64,000 nt of DNA from Vitrella brassicaformis CCMP3155. Taxonomy: Eukaryota; Protista; Chromerida. Below the pieces are notes generated by a model. The model saw only the letters and a program-made list of their open reading frames with translations. It searched no databases and was not told where the DNA came from. Below, piece by piece: positions 1 to 12,566 of this stretch. Position 1 is the first letter of the stretch; every line of letters begins with the position of its first letter. A program made the position numbers and the translations under genes. The DNA lies in the NCBI GenBank assembly GCA_001179505.1, contig CDMY01000293.1, positions 62,001-126,000 on the forward strand, given 5' to 3'.

Positions 1-219
1 CGCACAAAACCTCATTCATGATCACTGTGTCCCTCTCTCTGTCTCTGTCATTGTGGTGCCGATATATGAAATGCGGGCGTGTGGACGCCCCCCGAGACAC
101 GACAGACACGGAACATGTGCACGAACGAACACAGACAGATAGCTACGTCGCCCGCTGCGGGCGAGAAAATGAGTGAGTCACCACACCCAGATGGTGGTGC
201 GACGACTGACCGCTCCGGT

Positions 220-3068
220 CTAGAGGGTGACGATATCGCCCGCCAGCCGTCTGTAGTGGTCCGCCTTCCAGTCCGCATACCTAACACACACACATCCATC
301 CATCCATGGTACAGAGGAGACATCATGTGAGTGTACAGCGTCCTGTGGATGGTCCGTCCGTCCACCCATACATACACACATACCCGGGGATGGTGTCGCA
401 TATTCTCTTCCAGTTGGGGTTGGCTGCCTTGTTCAGTCGTGGGTTGCTGGAGCCGTCCTTGTTGATCACACCGCCCACTGGCGTCCAGCCCGACCCATAG
501 GGCTCCTGGTGGTACACCTGACACAAACATTCACACATACAGAGAGAGAGAGAGAGGACGTCGACGTTTTCGTTCATTTCATGGTTGAGTGGTTGTTGTC
601 TGACCTCGGTGCCTCCGAGTACGACGGGGATGCATCCGCCCTTGACGATCATCTCCCACGCGAAGTGGATGTCGTCATAGCCCCACCAACCGTCGTACAC
701 CTCGTCGTAACCCCCTATCAACTCCCACACACGCTGTATCATACCCATGCACACACACAACAACGCAAGAGAAGACAAGACATGCAAACGACCCTCTCTC
801 TCTCCATATCTCTCCCTCCGCCCGTTGTGTACCTACCCTTGGGAAGGCCGTATGCATGCCGTAGAAGTAGGCCCACGGGTGGACCCCCTCGCGCACGTTG
901 TCGAGGACCTTGCCGTGGCTGAACCGGTTGTCGCGCGGCTTGAAGTAGTTGGCCTTGGAGAGTATCCGGGGGAACGTCCCGCACACACTGAAGTCCTTCA
1001 TCACGTGCTCGTCCGTCCAGTCCTCCGTCGCGACGAACCACCGCTCCGCCGTGACGAGATACGGCGTCGAGGGATCTCGGGAGCTGAAAGACACACACGA
1101 AACGATAAGCACAGCGATAGAGATGGATGTGTGAACGTGCGTGGGTGGGTGTGAGCGCGGGTACCTGAGGAACTGGTAGAGGTTTTCGAGGAAGTTTTCG
1201 TTGAGGATGACGTCGGAGTCCATGCCGACGATGAAGTCGTACTTGGCCTGCTTGATGCCCATGTTGCGCCCAGAGGGGACTGAAAAGGTGTTCTCCAACT
1301 TCCGACGCTGGGCGATGTGATAGATAGATGCCACACAACACACAGAGAGAACAGAGGAGAGGATCATCCATCTATCCATCCATCCATCTATCCATCCATG
1401 TCTGCCTGCCTGCAGTATCTATCATTTATTGCCGGACTGACCTGTATGAAGGTGAGGTCGAGTTTCTCTCTGTATTTCCTGTAGATGGCGTCGACGTCGT
1501 CGGTCGAGTTGTTGTCGAGGATAATGACCTCGAACTTGAAGTCGCTCTTGATCCGCTGCTTGCACAGACCCGCCAACGTCTTCTTGACGATCTCCTCCTA
1601 CCACACAAGACAACACAACACACGTCTCACTGGCTGGCTGTGCGTGCCTTGGGTGGTGGGTGGTGCTGTGGTGCGGCACTCACCTGGTTGAACATCGGGA
1701 AGACGCAGCTGAAGTTGATGCCAGTTGGGTACAGGTTGGTGGGCAGCTCCCTCGGGCGACCCGTGATCATCGCACACGCCTTGGACCACTCACCCCACCC
1801 ACTCAGACGGGGCTTGCCCTGGTCACACGACCCTCAAAACAAATGAATACATGTACGTACAAGTTCAGGGATGTCCTGCCTACCGTGACGTGTTGGTTGT
1901 AGGGTTTGTCGAAGAGCATGTGCTTCCACTCGGGAGTCATGGCGCCCTCGTCCGCCGTGGGCTTGTCGTCTATCAACACATCGCCTGCCACACATCACAG
2001 AACACACGTACAAGGTGTCGATTGACACAATTATGGATCCCTTCCTCCCTCCCACCCGGGCTCGTTGTCTCTTCTCTCTCTCCCCTCTCTCTCTCTGTCT
2101 AACCTCTGACGGTGGTCTTGTCCTTGGTGAGTATGAGTCTGTGCACCCACTCGCTGCCGAGGTGCTTCTCCACCCACTGTGTCTTCTCGGCCGAGCACGC
2201 GGCCACATTGGTGGGCAGCGGGGCGCTGACGATGAAGACGTCGAACCCCGCATCCTTCATCGCCTTGACGGCACTCACACCACCCGACATCGCAGGCATG
2301 TCGCGGAAGAACCCTGAGAGACAGACCGACAGGCAGACAGGCAGACACGTGACGTCACGTTACATTCGTTGTGGGTGGGTTGGGTTCGACGGTGTGCGTA
2401 CCGTACCGTCGGTCTTGCAGACGTCGGTGACGATTTGGCGGTGCTCTGGTGGGTAGTCGTCCTCACTGACACACACGCACACGACGCATTGATGGACGGA
2501 TTGACGACACTCAGGCAGGCAGCCATCCAGGCAGGCAGGCAAGCAGACACCATCAATCAAGACGCACGTACTCGTCTGACCTTCCTTTTATGTGCTGACG
2601 TGTATACTGACTGTTTCCAGTTTTTGCGTTGTTCAAAGGGCACAAGGGGCACGTCCGGGTGGTGTTTCTTCATCGCAGTGACGAAGCCGGCCTCCCAGTC
2701 GCACAGCGTGTTGTCCATGTCCACAAGAATCACTGCATGACACCACGCCACACCACGCTGGCTGGACACGGCAGCACAGGGTGGTATGATCTTTCCCCTA
2801 CTACCTCTGCTGTTGGCGGTGCCGGAGAACATGGGCTTGCCCTCAGCGAGCATCTCAAAGCCCTCAGGGCTGTGGCCATTGGGAGGGCCTGCACAACCCA
2901 CAACGGACATACGCACATGACACCATGATGTCTCGTGGGATCTGTCTTTCCCCCTGTTTAGGGAGCGGCCCGCCCACGTATGATATCTGGGTGCTGCCGC
3001 ATATCCGGCGCGTCGAAGTCGTGAGCGCCCTTGCCCTCAACATCATCCGAGTACGCTGGGAGAGGCAT
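220..3068 (-). CDS. Fusion protein: HAD-family 5'(3')-deoxyribonucleotidase (NT5C-like) domain + GT2/GT7C-type glycosyltransferase; ~13 exons, roughly 565 aa
   Basis: GT-AG splicing gives one frame: MPLPAYSDD...VILVDMDNTLCDWEAGF (HAD motif I DxDxT)...GFFRDMPAMSGG...EKTQWVEKHLG...GDVLIDDKP (motif IV)...FDKPYN...GKPRLSGWGEW, then FSCVFPMFNQEEIVKKTLAGLCKQ...FEVIILDNNSTD...RNMGIKQAKYDFIVGMDSDV (DxD)...IGGYDEVYDGWWGYDDIHF; stop TAG at 220-222. Confidence 0.85.
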
Positions 3069-3177
3069 TGGAAGCGAACACGACAGATCTATATGCGATG
3101 CTGGAGGGACGGCTGCCGGGCTGGTAATGGAGAGGACGGAGAGAGCTGTACAAAGAGGCGGGCAAACCGACTCAGAA

Positions 3178-3215
3178 GGTTCAGGGTAAGGGTTTCAGGT
3201 AAGGGTTTTGGGGTT
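3178..3215 (-). promoter_or_regulatory. Degenerate telomere-like (telo-box-like AAACCCT) array upstream of the nucleotidase-glycosyltransferase gene
   Basis: ggttcagggtaagggtttcaggtaagggttttggggtt lies 110-150 bp upstream of the ATG at 3068; similar arrays occur at 31121-31148 and 39161-39175. Confidence 0.35.
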
Positions 3216-3540
3216 GCCCCAACGGCTTCCGTTTTCCTCTCACACACATGCACGTATGCTGGTCATATCCTGGCCAATCCTGGTGGGATTCCATGTGGGA
3301 TTCGGTCAATGCTCATTTCCGGTTGAGCTTTTCTTCACAGGTTGGGCGGCCGGCGTCGGTTCGGCCGTCAATCTCACAGAGCGCCGGCTACAGGACGAGG
3401 GCATCGTAGAATGACGTCTCGGATCGAAGATCATCGGGAGATTCATTCATCCATCCATCCATCCATTCAGTCTGTCAATCAATGTACTGTATATACATTT
3501 TTGTTACAAGTCAAATGACTAATCGTCCTCTGACACGCTC

Positions 3541-3862
3541 TCACGAGAAACAGACTCCCTCTCATTCAAACAGACTCGAGAATGGCCAGGAAAGTATTGA
3601 ATGAGTCAATGAATGAGTGGGGGGACAAAACGATACGGATAATGACGCAGGCAGCAACTTGCAGTCACGGCAGTGTGGCTCACTGACCAATCAACCGTCC
3701 GACCGATGCAGACAAACCAAGCAACACATGCGTGCTGTGCTACCTCTCCATGAATCTCTGACAATGAATGCGATGCATGTGCTCCAACAGTGCAAGGCAC
3801 TCACACCACACGCAGAACAAATGAATGAACAGATGACATGAATCACCAAGTCTCAATCGCAC
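3541..3862 (+). repeat. Dispersed intergenic repeat family A, copy 1 (non-autonomous element-like)
   Basis: Reverse-complement match to 21513-21830 (e.g. cagtcacggcagtgtggctcactgaccaatcaaccg vs cggttgattggtcagtgagccacactgccgtgactg) and partial match to 61165-61291. Confidence 0.8.
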
Positions 3863-4830
3863 TGATCGCTGATACTCACTGATTTATGATCACCACTTGC
3901 AGCCATCCATCCATTCAATCACCCAGCCACCACCCATCGATATCACTCACTCGAGCTCACTCATGATCACTCACTCACTCATTCACTCACACAAAACGAG
4001 CAACAAGGGACAAGCAGTCATGTGTCTCACCTCTAGCTAACGGTCTTAAGTGAGGATTGTATCTGTCTACGCAGGTCCCGCGTGACGAAAATATACATGT
4101 ATGGGTTCTATATACATGAAGGTCGGAGTGGGGCGCGGGATGCAGGATTAATCAGAGCCATCATCTATGCCAACGGGACGGCACACAAGGACACCGCCAC
4201 CACGGCCAGCCCATCTTCACTATAGTACAAAGAGGCCGTCCGTGAGCTATCTGTGTGTACATGCATCAGGGCCTGACTGCACACCGCACCCCCAACCCCC
4301 CCTCTCTGTTTGTCTGTCTGCTGCCGGGGAGCCATTTGCCTGCCTGATGGATGGCCAACTGATGGCCAATGGATGGATGCTGTAGTGCGAATACCGCACA
4401 TACCGAACGAACGAGGCTGCCGCCACACGCACATCTAGAGAGAGGGTGGACTGGCTGGCTGTTGGACACCAAAAAAAACACTCGGTCTGTCTGCAGGCCG
4501 TCTGTCTGTCTGTCTTTCTGTCTGTCTGATTTTTGATTCGCCCCAATCTCGTCCCTCCCTCCCTCCCTCCCTCACTCACTCCCTCACTCACTCACTCGTG
4601 CCGTCATTCTCCCTCCCTCCCTAGTCACCCGGATCCACGTGTATGCACCATTCCCCAACCAGAGATTATATGGGCATGTATGCATACCGCTGCCACACAT
4701 CGTCACACACACACACAATTGGCCTTCTGGTCCTTAAGGACGTACTGCAAGGACGTAAGTCCAAAGGCTATGAGCAGACGACACAGGCAGCGAATCGACT
4801 GAGCAAGCCCCCAAGAAAGGCCGGGATACC

Positions 4831-7800
4831 CTATTTCTTCCAGAGGCCGAGATTGGCGCCTTTGTCGGCGATGTTCTTGATTCCGCCGGGGAGCTTTATG
4901 AGGTGCTCCCAGTTCATGAGGTCGAGGAGCCCGCCGTCACTCATGGAGCACGACCAGATATCCATCAGCTCGCCACCCTCAATCACCAAATACCTGGCCT
5001 GCACCCATTCACGCAGTAGGCAGAGAGAGAGAGAGAGGGCGGCGCGTGCGCGATCTGACACATTGATCGTTGTCGTCATGCCGCAAACCTTGTCGTAAAT
5101 TGCATACGTCACTGCCGTCGCAACTACCTCGTATTTCCCATACAGGTACCACAAGTTGTAGAGTTGGGAGCGTGCCGCCGCGTAGAAAACGAGCGTCTCA
5201 GGGATGTCATGCAGCTTGCCCACACCGTCGGCGTACAACTCGGGAGCGAGTGAAAAGGCATCTTTGAGGGTGCGGACGAACAGCCAGTCCTTGAAGTCGC
5301 GGACCTTGCAGGGATCGTTCTCGTGCGCCGAAATATACTGCACGCACCTCATCAGTCATGCATCCAGCAGCACTGTCGTCTTTGGTCACTTGACGTACCC
5401 GTTGTGCCCTGCAGCCGAGCAGCTCTATTGCGACGTTGTGGGCGAATGTATCGACCCACTCGGCGAGCTGCTTCTTGAGGCCATCCCACTTGTCAATGAG
5501 GTCCTCCAACTTCGTAGGGCCTGCCGTCTCCCCCAGGAGGAGCCGCTTGCCAGAAGAGGGCTGCAGTGCAGATGGACGACAAGGAAAAGACATGACAAAG
5601 GGATGTGGCTTTGGATGGATGCTACGTCATCCCCGTGGCTGAGTGCTGCACTGTCAGAGATAGACTGCATGCACCTGCAGATGAAACTGCACGATGGTCA
5701 AGACCTCTTCTGAGGTCAAAACGTCTTCTGTGGTCAACAGCTCGGCGCCCTCGTCGATGACGGGTGTGGTTGGGGGGCCTGTTAGCACGCGCTGTCGCTG
5801 CTGGGACTTGACGATGGCCTCGGCCTCGTGAAGGCGCTCGAGCGCCACCGCCGCGCCGCCCTGAGGTCTTGCTGGGGCGCCACGGCCGAGGGACGGGACG
5901 GCAGGTGGGCCCTGCTTCGCCTGCTCGGCCAGCATGGATACGAAGGCGCTGATGGTCCGCCGCACCAGGTCGTCGTCCTGAACGACATGAAGGCGAAATA
6001 ATATATCCTTCCTGCGTCAGCAGGCAGGCCAGCGATGGCTCGTCAACTGACCACGAGAGCTGCTGGCTTCATGACTCCACCGAGCCGCCGCCGCTGCCGG
6101 TCGGCTGCAGCGCCAAATAGGCCGTGCGCCTTGAGGATGACGTCGAAGTATGCCGTCAGCTCGCTGCGGAGGTCGGCTATCGCCTCCGCATCCAGGGTGG
6201 GGATCATGCTCATGCTCATGCGTGTGGGGTCGAGGATGGCCTTGATGACCTTGTCGACGTCGGTGTGCTGGACGGACCCCCTTTCAATCGCCTCCTTGAG
6301 CACCGTCTGTGTGTCATCGCTGCACACAGAAACACACCAAGAGAGAGCGTGAATGCATCGGCCGATGTGCTGGTCAGATAGAGATAGAGATATAGATATA
6401 GCCAGGCGTGTGTGTGGGGGTCGCTGTCGCCGTACTGACTACTGTGAACGGGTGAGCTGGTCGAATCTGTAGAGAAAGGCGCCGAGCAGCTCCCTGGTCA
6501 TCGACATGATGTAATTGGCCGGCTCCTCAGCTACACACACGCGCCCACGCACAGGGAGAGAGAAAGAGAGATGGTAGGTACCTCCAATAAGGCCCCGCGC
6601 CGCCGGCCTTTGGGTGTCGGTCTGTCTGTGTCACTCGTGTGTGTGACGATATTGTCGATGAAGGCGTCGGAGGCCTTGTCGATGTCCGTGAGATACGCAA
6701 CCAGCTGCACACCGCAGCAGACGCCTCACTGTCGGATCATCATTCTCCGTGTGTCTCCTCCGTGTGCTACCTTATTGAGGTTGCCGTAAGCGAATATGGC
6801 GACCATGTCGATATAAGCCTCGTACCGCTCCGCGTCAAACAGCTGCATCTGGCCCGTCACCTATAGAGGCAGGCACACACACGTACGAGAGAGGGATTCA
6901 TCCAAATTGGAGAGAGACTGGGGATGGGCATGGGCGAATACCTACCGTCTGTGCGACTCTCTGCAGGAAGGAGATCGCGGGTGTGAGGACATACGCCGGC
7001 AACGCCGCAAACTCCTCGAACTTCGCCAGCCATTTGGTGGTCAGCTCGGCGCTTTTGGCCACAAAGTGACCCAAAATGTCGGTGAATTCAACGAGGAAGG
7101 AGATATTGGGCGGCACAGTCGACCCGCCATAGGCCACCGCGTTGAGAAAGGGAATAGTAGGCATCGGAGTCTTCTCTGCGGTGCTGATGAGGGAGCCCGC
7201 GATCTTCTGAGGGACGGCTGGCAGCTCCTCCAATGGGTTGTAGATGGGCAGTCCCTTTGGCAAGCCTGAGGGCGGCGAGGGAATGAGCTCCACAATGCGC
7301 TTGAAGTAGACGTCCAAGTTCAGAAGGTGGGTCACGGGCAGCATTGGGGGCAGATAGGGCAGCTTGGTGAAGGCCTCAGCGAAGTGCTCGGCTATTGCAA
7401 GCCACTTCTTGGCCACTTTGGCGATGAGCTGCTCAATCTCGGTGCGCAGGGGGGGGCATGGTGACGGCCGCCGACAGCGTGACGGTGAAGGATTCGGTAA
7501 GCTCGCCCAGCAACACGTGGTAGCCATCGACCTGACAGACGTGGAGTGTCCGTTCGCAAAGCGAAACACACCAACCCATCGTCTGCCTGCATATTATCCA
7601 TATGACTTACGGCGAGAGAGGCAAGGTAGTCGTCGAAAACTTGTTGATTCTCGACCGAGCCACCCTCCTTGTGGTGTCTGTCGCCGCCCAGCCGCAGGCG
7701 CTCGAGGAAGGGCGCCAGGATGCGCTGCAGGAAGGTCATCCACTCGTCGGGCTTCAGCAGCAAAGTGCCCGGCTGCGGCAGGCCGGTCATCACGGATGGC

Positions 7801-10800
7801 GTGATCTCGTGGCCGCCTTTGAGCGCCTCCTGAAATAGCGTGAAGAGCCCCTTGTCGAAGCGATCGGCCAAGCGCTCGATGGCGGGGATACGCAGCTGGG
7901 CGTCCTTGATGATCGCCGCCGCCACTTGTCTCAGGTACTTGGCGCGAGACGCCTCGTCGACGGGGCCCGAATTGTCGAAGTAACGGCGGAACTCACGCAG
8001 CACTGCATACGCAACGCCATGCAACAGACACACAGACAGACAGACAGCAAGGGAAGATACATGTCTCTGCTGCTGCTGCTGCTTGTGCAGAGGTGTGTGG
8101 GGTTGCATTACTCTTGCCGCCCTCATGTGAGATGAAGTTGATGGATGCGATTTCGTAGAATCCGCCCTTGAAGAGCTTGCTGACGGGCTGGAAGGCATTG
8201 ACGAGCTCCTTGACGAACATGTCCAGGATCTCCATCGTCTTGCTCAAAGGACTCTTGAAGAAATCGGCCAAGGCATCCGCTGCGCCGCCACCAGTCGGCT
8301 TTGTCAGCTCACCCTGCATGCAATGCATAACACACGGAAAGGAACACACATGAACTCCGCCCCTCCCTCCCTCCCTCCCCCATCAGGCCACTCCACGACC
8401 ACCGGTACGGACCAGAAGATAGGATGCGATGCCGTCAAGGTCCATGAGTGCGTCAAGGGGCTGGAGGGGGGGCACCTTCACGGGCGGTGGTGGCAGGAAG
8501 GGAACCTTGGGGAACATCTCGGCGTACGTCCTGGCCTCGTAGAACAGCTGCACTCACACACAACAAACACGAAAGTGGACCTCCATTGCTTGCCTGAGGG
8601 AGTGCTGTGGCTGGCTGTGAGCTGTCTGTGCCACGTCACCTCCGTGGCCAAGCGGGTCATGAAGTCATACACATCGGTTGTCACTTCTGCATGCAAGAAT
8701 CAAGCAGGAAAAGATGGGTAGGGATTGGTTCGTGCGGCCACACACACACACACTCTCTCTCTCTCTCTCATTCACTCTTCGAGTATCCGGCCGCTGGCTG
8801 GAGCAGCCTGAAGCCCTCGACAACATTGACGCTCATCATGCTCTCGAAGACGTGCTTCTCCGCCCCGCAGTCGCCCTTTTCGCATGAGTAGCCGCCCGCC
8901 GCGAGAATCTTGTGAAACGTGGCGGCGCGCTGCTGCATCATGTGGACGAAAGGCGCCAGGACCTCCTTGAGGAAGGTGTCCAGCTCCAGGTCGGTGTACT
9001 CGACTATCTTCCCGGTTTGGTCGCTCATGAAGATGTCGGCCAGGGGGTCCAGCAGGTCGTATCCAATGGAGATCGGCTGGATGGCGGCGCCGATCAGCGT
9101 AGGTTCGGGCTCAATCCCCAGGTTCGTAATGTACACCTCACCGGCGGCTCGGTTTTTGCCTGGAGGCTTGCTGGGGTCGTACATGAGGCGACGTCTGGCC
9201 TTTGGCCCGAATGTCTGGCTGAAAAAGAGGTCGCAGAGGGACTTTTCGAAGAATTTGTCCAGGAAGCGGTCGCACGCGGGGATGCGGGCCGTGACGCCGG
9301 CGAAGAGCTTCGTGGCGAGCTTCTCGAAGTAGCTCAGCAGCTCACTCCGAGGAACCGTATCCACCCACTCCTTGCCCATCTTTAGAAACCTCTCGACATC
9401 TGAACAGAGATGCGGTGCGAACGGTATGTATGTATGTATGTATGTATGTCGATTTCTGCCTCTCTGCCTGTTCGATAGGGTTGCGTACACTTGGCAGCCA
9501 TGTGGGAGGTGAAGTCGCGAAAAGCGTCCGCATAGCCTTTGAATTGGCCGGCGATGGCGGTCCACACGCCGAGGGCCTGATTGTACATGGGCGTCACGAA
9601 GTCGTTGAGGAAGGTCTGAATCGGCTCGATCATGACGTCCAGCCCGACAGCGGGCAAAACCTTCCTCAGATCGTCTTTGCCAAGGGTTTTGCCTGAATAG
9701 AACATGCCCTGAATAAATACAGCCAAGGGAGAAACAAGGGACTCGAACCATTATGTGCTCGCAGGTCATCATGCTGCATATGCATGCCCTGGTGATACCG
9801 AGATAAGCTTGATGAGGTCGTCCAGCACGGGAAGCGGCAGCAAGTCGACGGCCGGCGGTGTGTACAGGTCCCAGCTTTTGGGCCCCAGCCCCTCTATGTC
9901 AACTTTGATCAGGCTCTGCAGATCGACAAGGTCGCCGGGAATGTTGCCTGTCGCCGGGAGTAAGTCCAACGCCTCCTGAGGCACACAAGAAGCCAGACGG
10001 GATGTATGAGACACCTTTACTCGGGGAAGAGCCAGCCAAGGGAGCAACTGTCGGCGCGCGTGTCTGTCTGCCTGCCTGTCTGTCTGTCTGTCTGTCTGTC
10101 ATCCTTTTGGCTACTCACCTTGACTATCTTGTCGCTGTCGAATTTGAGTACTTCCTCGATGCTGCCTGAATCTGCATGAGTGTGAGTGTGGTCGTGTGTA
10201 TTACCAGCAAGCCGACTGCCTACCTTCGAAGGAGGAGTAGGGCGGCAGGTGGCGGGCCAGCTCGGCAGCACGAGTCGTCACGTAGCCCAACAGAGACCAC
10301 ACGGTATCCGGTGGGTGGCTGCCCAGACGAATCGACGCACGTGTCTTGGCCACAACTGCACCAACCAACAAATGCAGTCACAATCAAGATGTTTGCTTGC
10401 GCACACATTCATGGATGGTGCATGTCTCGCGTGTGTATCGACCGAGCTGCAGAAACTCCAGGATTTTCGGGTAGACAGTGGGTTCGTACCCCTGGAGATC
10501 GGGAAGCTTCATGAGGCTTTCCAGCCTGAGTGGCGTCCCCATGACGATAGCCTTGCGCAGCAGGTCCTCCAGGCCCTCAGCCATAGTCTTGGGAACGTCC
10601 ATGCCGGCCTCAACTGCCGCGGAGAGCAGACTATCCAAGTCCCATCGCAGGGGGAAGTCATCACTCAGCAACTCTGTGCCATTCATGAACAGGCAGAGAA
10701 ACAAGCAAGTTGGTGCAACCCGCTGTTGCCCGTCCCCATGTGCACTTGGCGGCTCGTAGTTTCGAATAGCAACTGGGAATGCAGTCGCAGTGCTGGCAAC

Positions 10801-11089
10801 CAAACTGATCGCATGCTATGCATGACAGGCGCCCGCATAGCGTATATCTGCCTTCTTGATGCCCACCTTTGTATGAAGGCTGCCATGTCGGCAGCCGTCG
10901 CCCCCGTGTCGATGAGAGTCGGCTCCAGGAAGGAGGTGGCACCTGACCATTGCACAAGCACACACAGTCGAACGCAACTCGCCATGATGCTTGCTTGCAT
11001 GATGTTGCGTGTCACGTACCGGGGGTCTGGGCCAGGACGGGTGCCGCCATGAGGCAGCAGAGGGCGCTTAGGAGCACGACGATTTTCAT
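4831..11089 (-). CDS. Large multi-exon secreted protein of unknown function (signal peptide, helical, internal duplication)
   Basis: ATG 11089 gives MKIVVLLSALCCLMAAPVLAQ (signal-peptide-like). A chain of coding-like minus exons (10683-11162, 10384-10803, 9769-10047, 9382-9726, 8768-9772, 7392-8198, 6898-7569, 6043-6327, 5654-5965, 5207-5593, 4831-5352) is separated by GT-AG microsatellite introns and ends ...KGANLGLWKK*. Confidence 0.75.
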
Positions 11090-12566
11090 TGGGGGGAGGG
11101 AAAGAAAGGGGAGGGAACCGAAGACAGATGCCCACTCGGGGCCGGGGCGGGCCTCTGCACACTGAGCAATTCTAAAAGCTCCCAGTGCCGAAAAACATTC
11201 AGAAACCAGACACAAAACACAGAGAACATTGTATCATTCAAAACCCACAAAAGCCGGGAGAGAAAATTGAAAGAACCCAACCAAGAATCAAGAAGCCCAA
11301 CCAGCAAGTTACCAAACCAAGAAAACAGAAGGAGAAACCACCACCAGCCACAACACATAGAAACGCACATACATTGACACTGCATGTGTGTGTTGCGTTT
11401 CTGCCGGCAGAGACAATGTATGCAGAGACACAAACGTACAGACAGACAGACAGACAGATGTACAGACAGGGCAGGGACGTGCACCAAGAGTGAGGTGAAT
11501 TAATGCTTTCTGGCATGTACTCGCGCGTGCAAGGCCCCACTTTGTCTGTCTTCCCCTCCCCCCAGCACAACGAGTCTTCAGACGGCTTTCCAACTGCAAT
11601 TTGCGTCAGTGTGTAATTGCTATATTGTCTCCTACCTATGAACATTGCCCCATTGAAGCTTGCCTTCTGAAGCCCCCTCCCCCGTTCAAGGGGGAGGGGG
11701 CGACATTGCATGGTCCGCACAAACATCTGACTTCACTTGGACTTCACAGGATGTGCCTTCACTGCAATCACCCATTGATGTCGGCCCGGGGGTTGATTGG
11801 GGTTTAGAAGACGCTATAAAATAGCGCTTACTCGATGCTGATTGACCTTCGATGAGAGACAATCAAAATTGAATAACGACAAGCACACGAATATCGTCTG
11901 TCTGTTGCGTTGGCGCGTAGTGCGAGTATGTGTGTGCGTGGTGGGCGGCGCCGCTGGAAGATACGCCAGGCGGGCGCTGAGGATGGTGTTGGCATGTTTG
12001 TCGCATGATTGAGGGTTGGTCGACGTTGACGCAGTTCGTTTCATGAGAGACCGACAGACTCTGCCTGCCGTTGCGCTATGAGTTAACGTATGTCACACAA
12101 GCAGACGAATCACGTCGACCTGATGTCACGTGCACCGCAGGCACCTCTATGAGAGAACCACCGACGGGCAGGGTCTACGCTGGCAGCCGTCCACCTAAGC
12201 CCCCGTTAAGGGGCCAGTCTAATGTGGTTCACGCTAGAGAGACACCGCTTGCAACGCTCAACGAGTCAACGAAGGCAAGAAGTCGATAGTCAAAGGAGGC
12301 AACGAGTCACAATGGCACACTGCCACGCACCGTGTCACACACTTGTCGAATGTACAAGTGCACACGTCTCAAGACTAGTCAGTGTCCGTCCTATTATCAG
12401 TCCTATCCCTTTACCCGCTCTTCCCCGTGTTCTAGGCGCCAATCAGCAGAGGAGGCACGAGACACAAGAGGCTGGTGAGATAGAACCGTCGACCAACAAG
12501 CCGCCGAGCGATGTGTTGATGACCTCACGACCAAGAGACCTCGCCGGGGAGGGGGGGGGGGGGGGG

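Noticed and set aside
2864-3046. MMLRARALTTSTRRI... as a mitochondrial presequence for the nucleotidase fusion (NT5M-like)
   Set aside because: I found no phase-compatible donor joining that frame to the exon at 2890. The frame from ATG 3068 (MPLPAYSDD...) splices in phase, so a cytosolic start is preferred.
4831-11089. RON2/CLAG identity for the large secreted protein
   Set aside because: The size and signal peptide fit, but I could not find any recognisable RON2 or CLAG motif.
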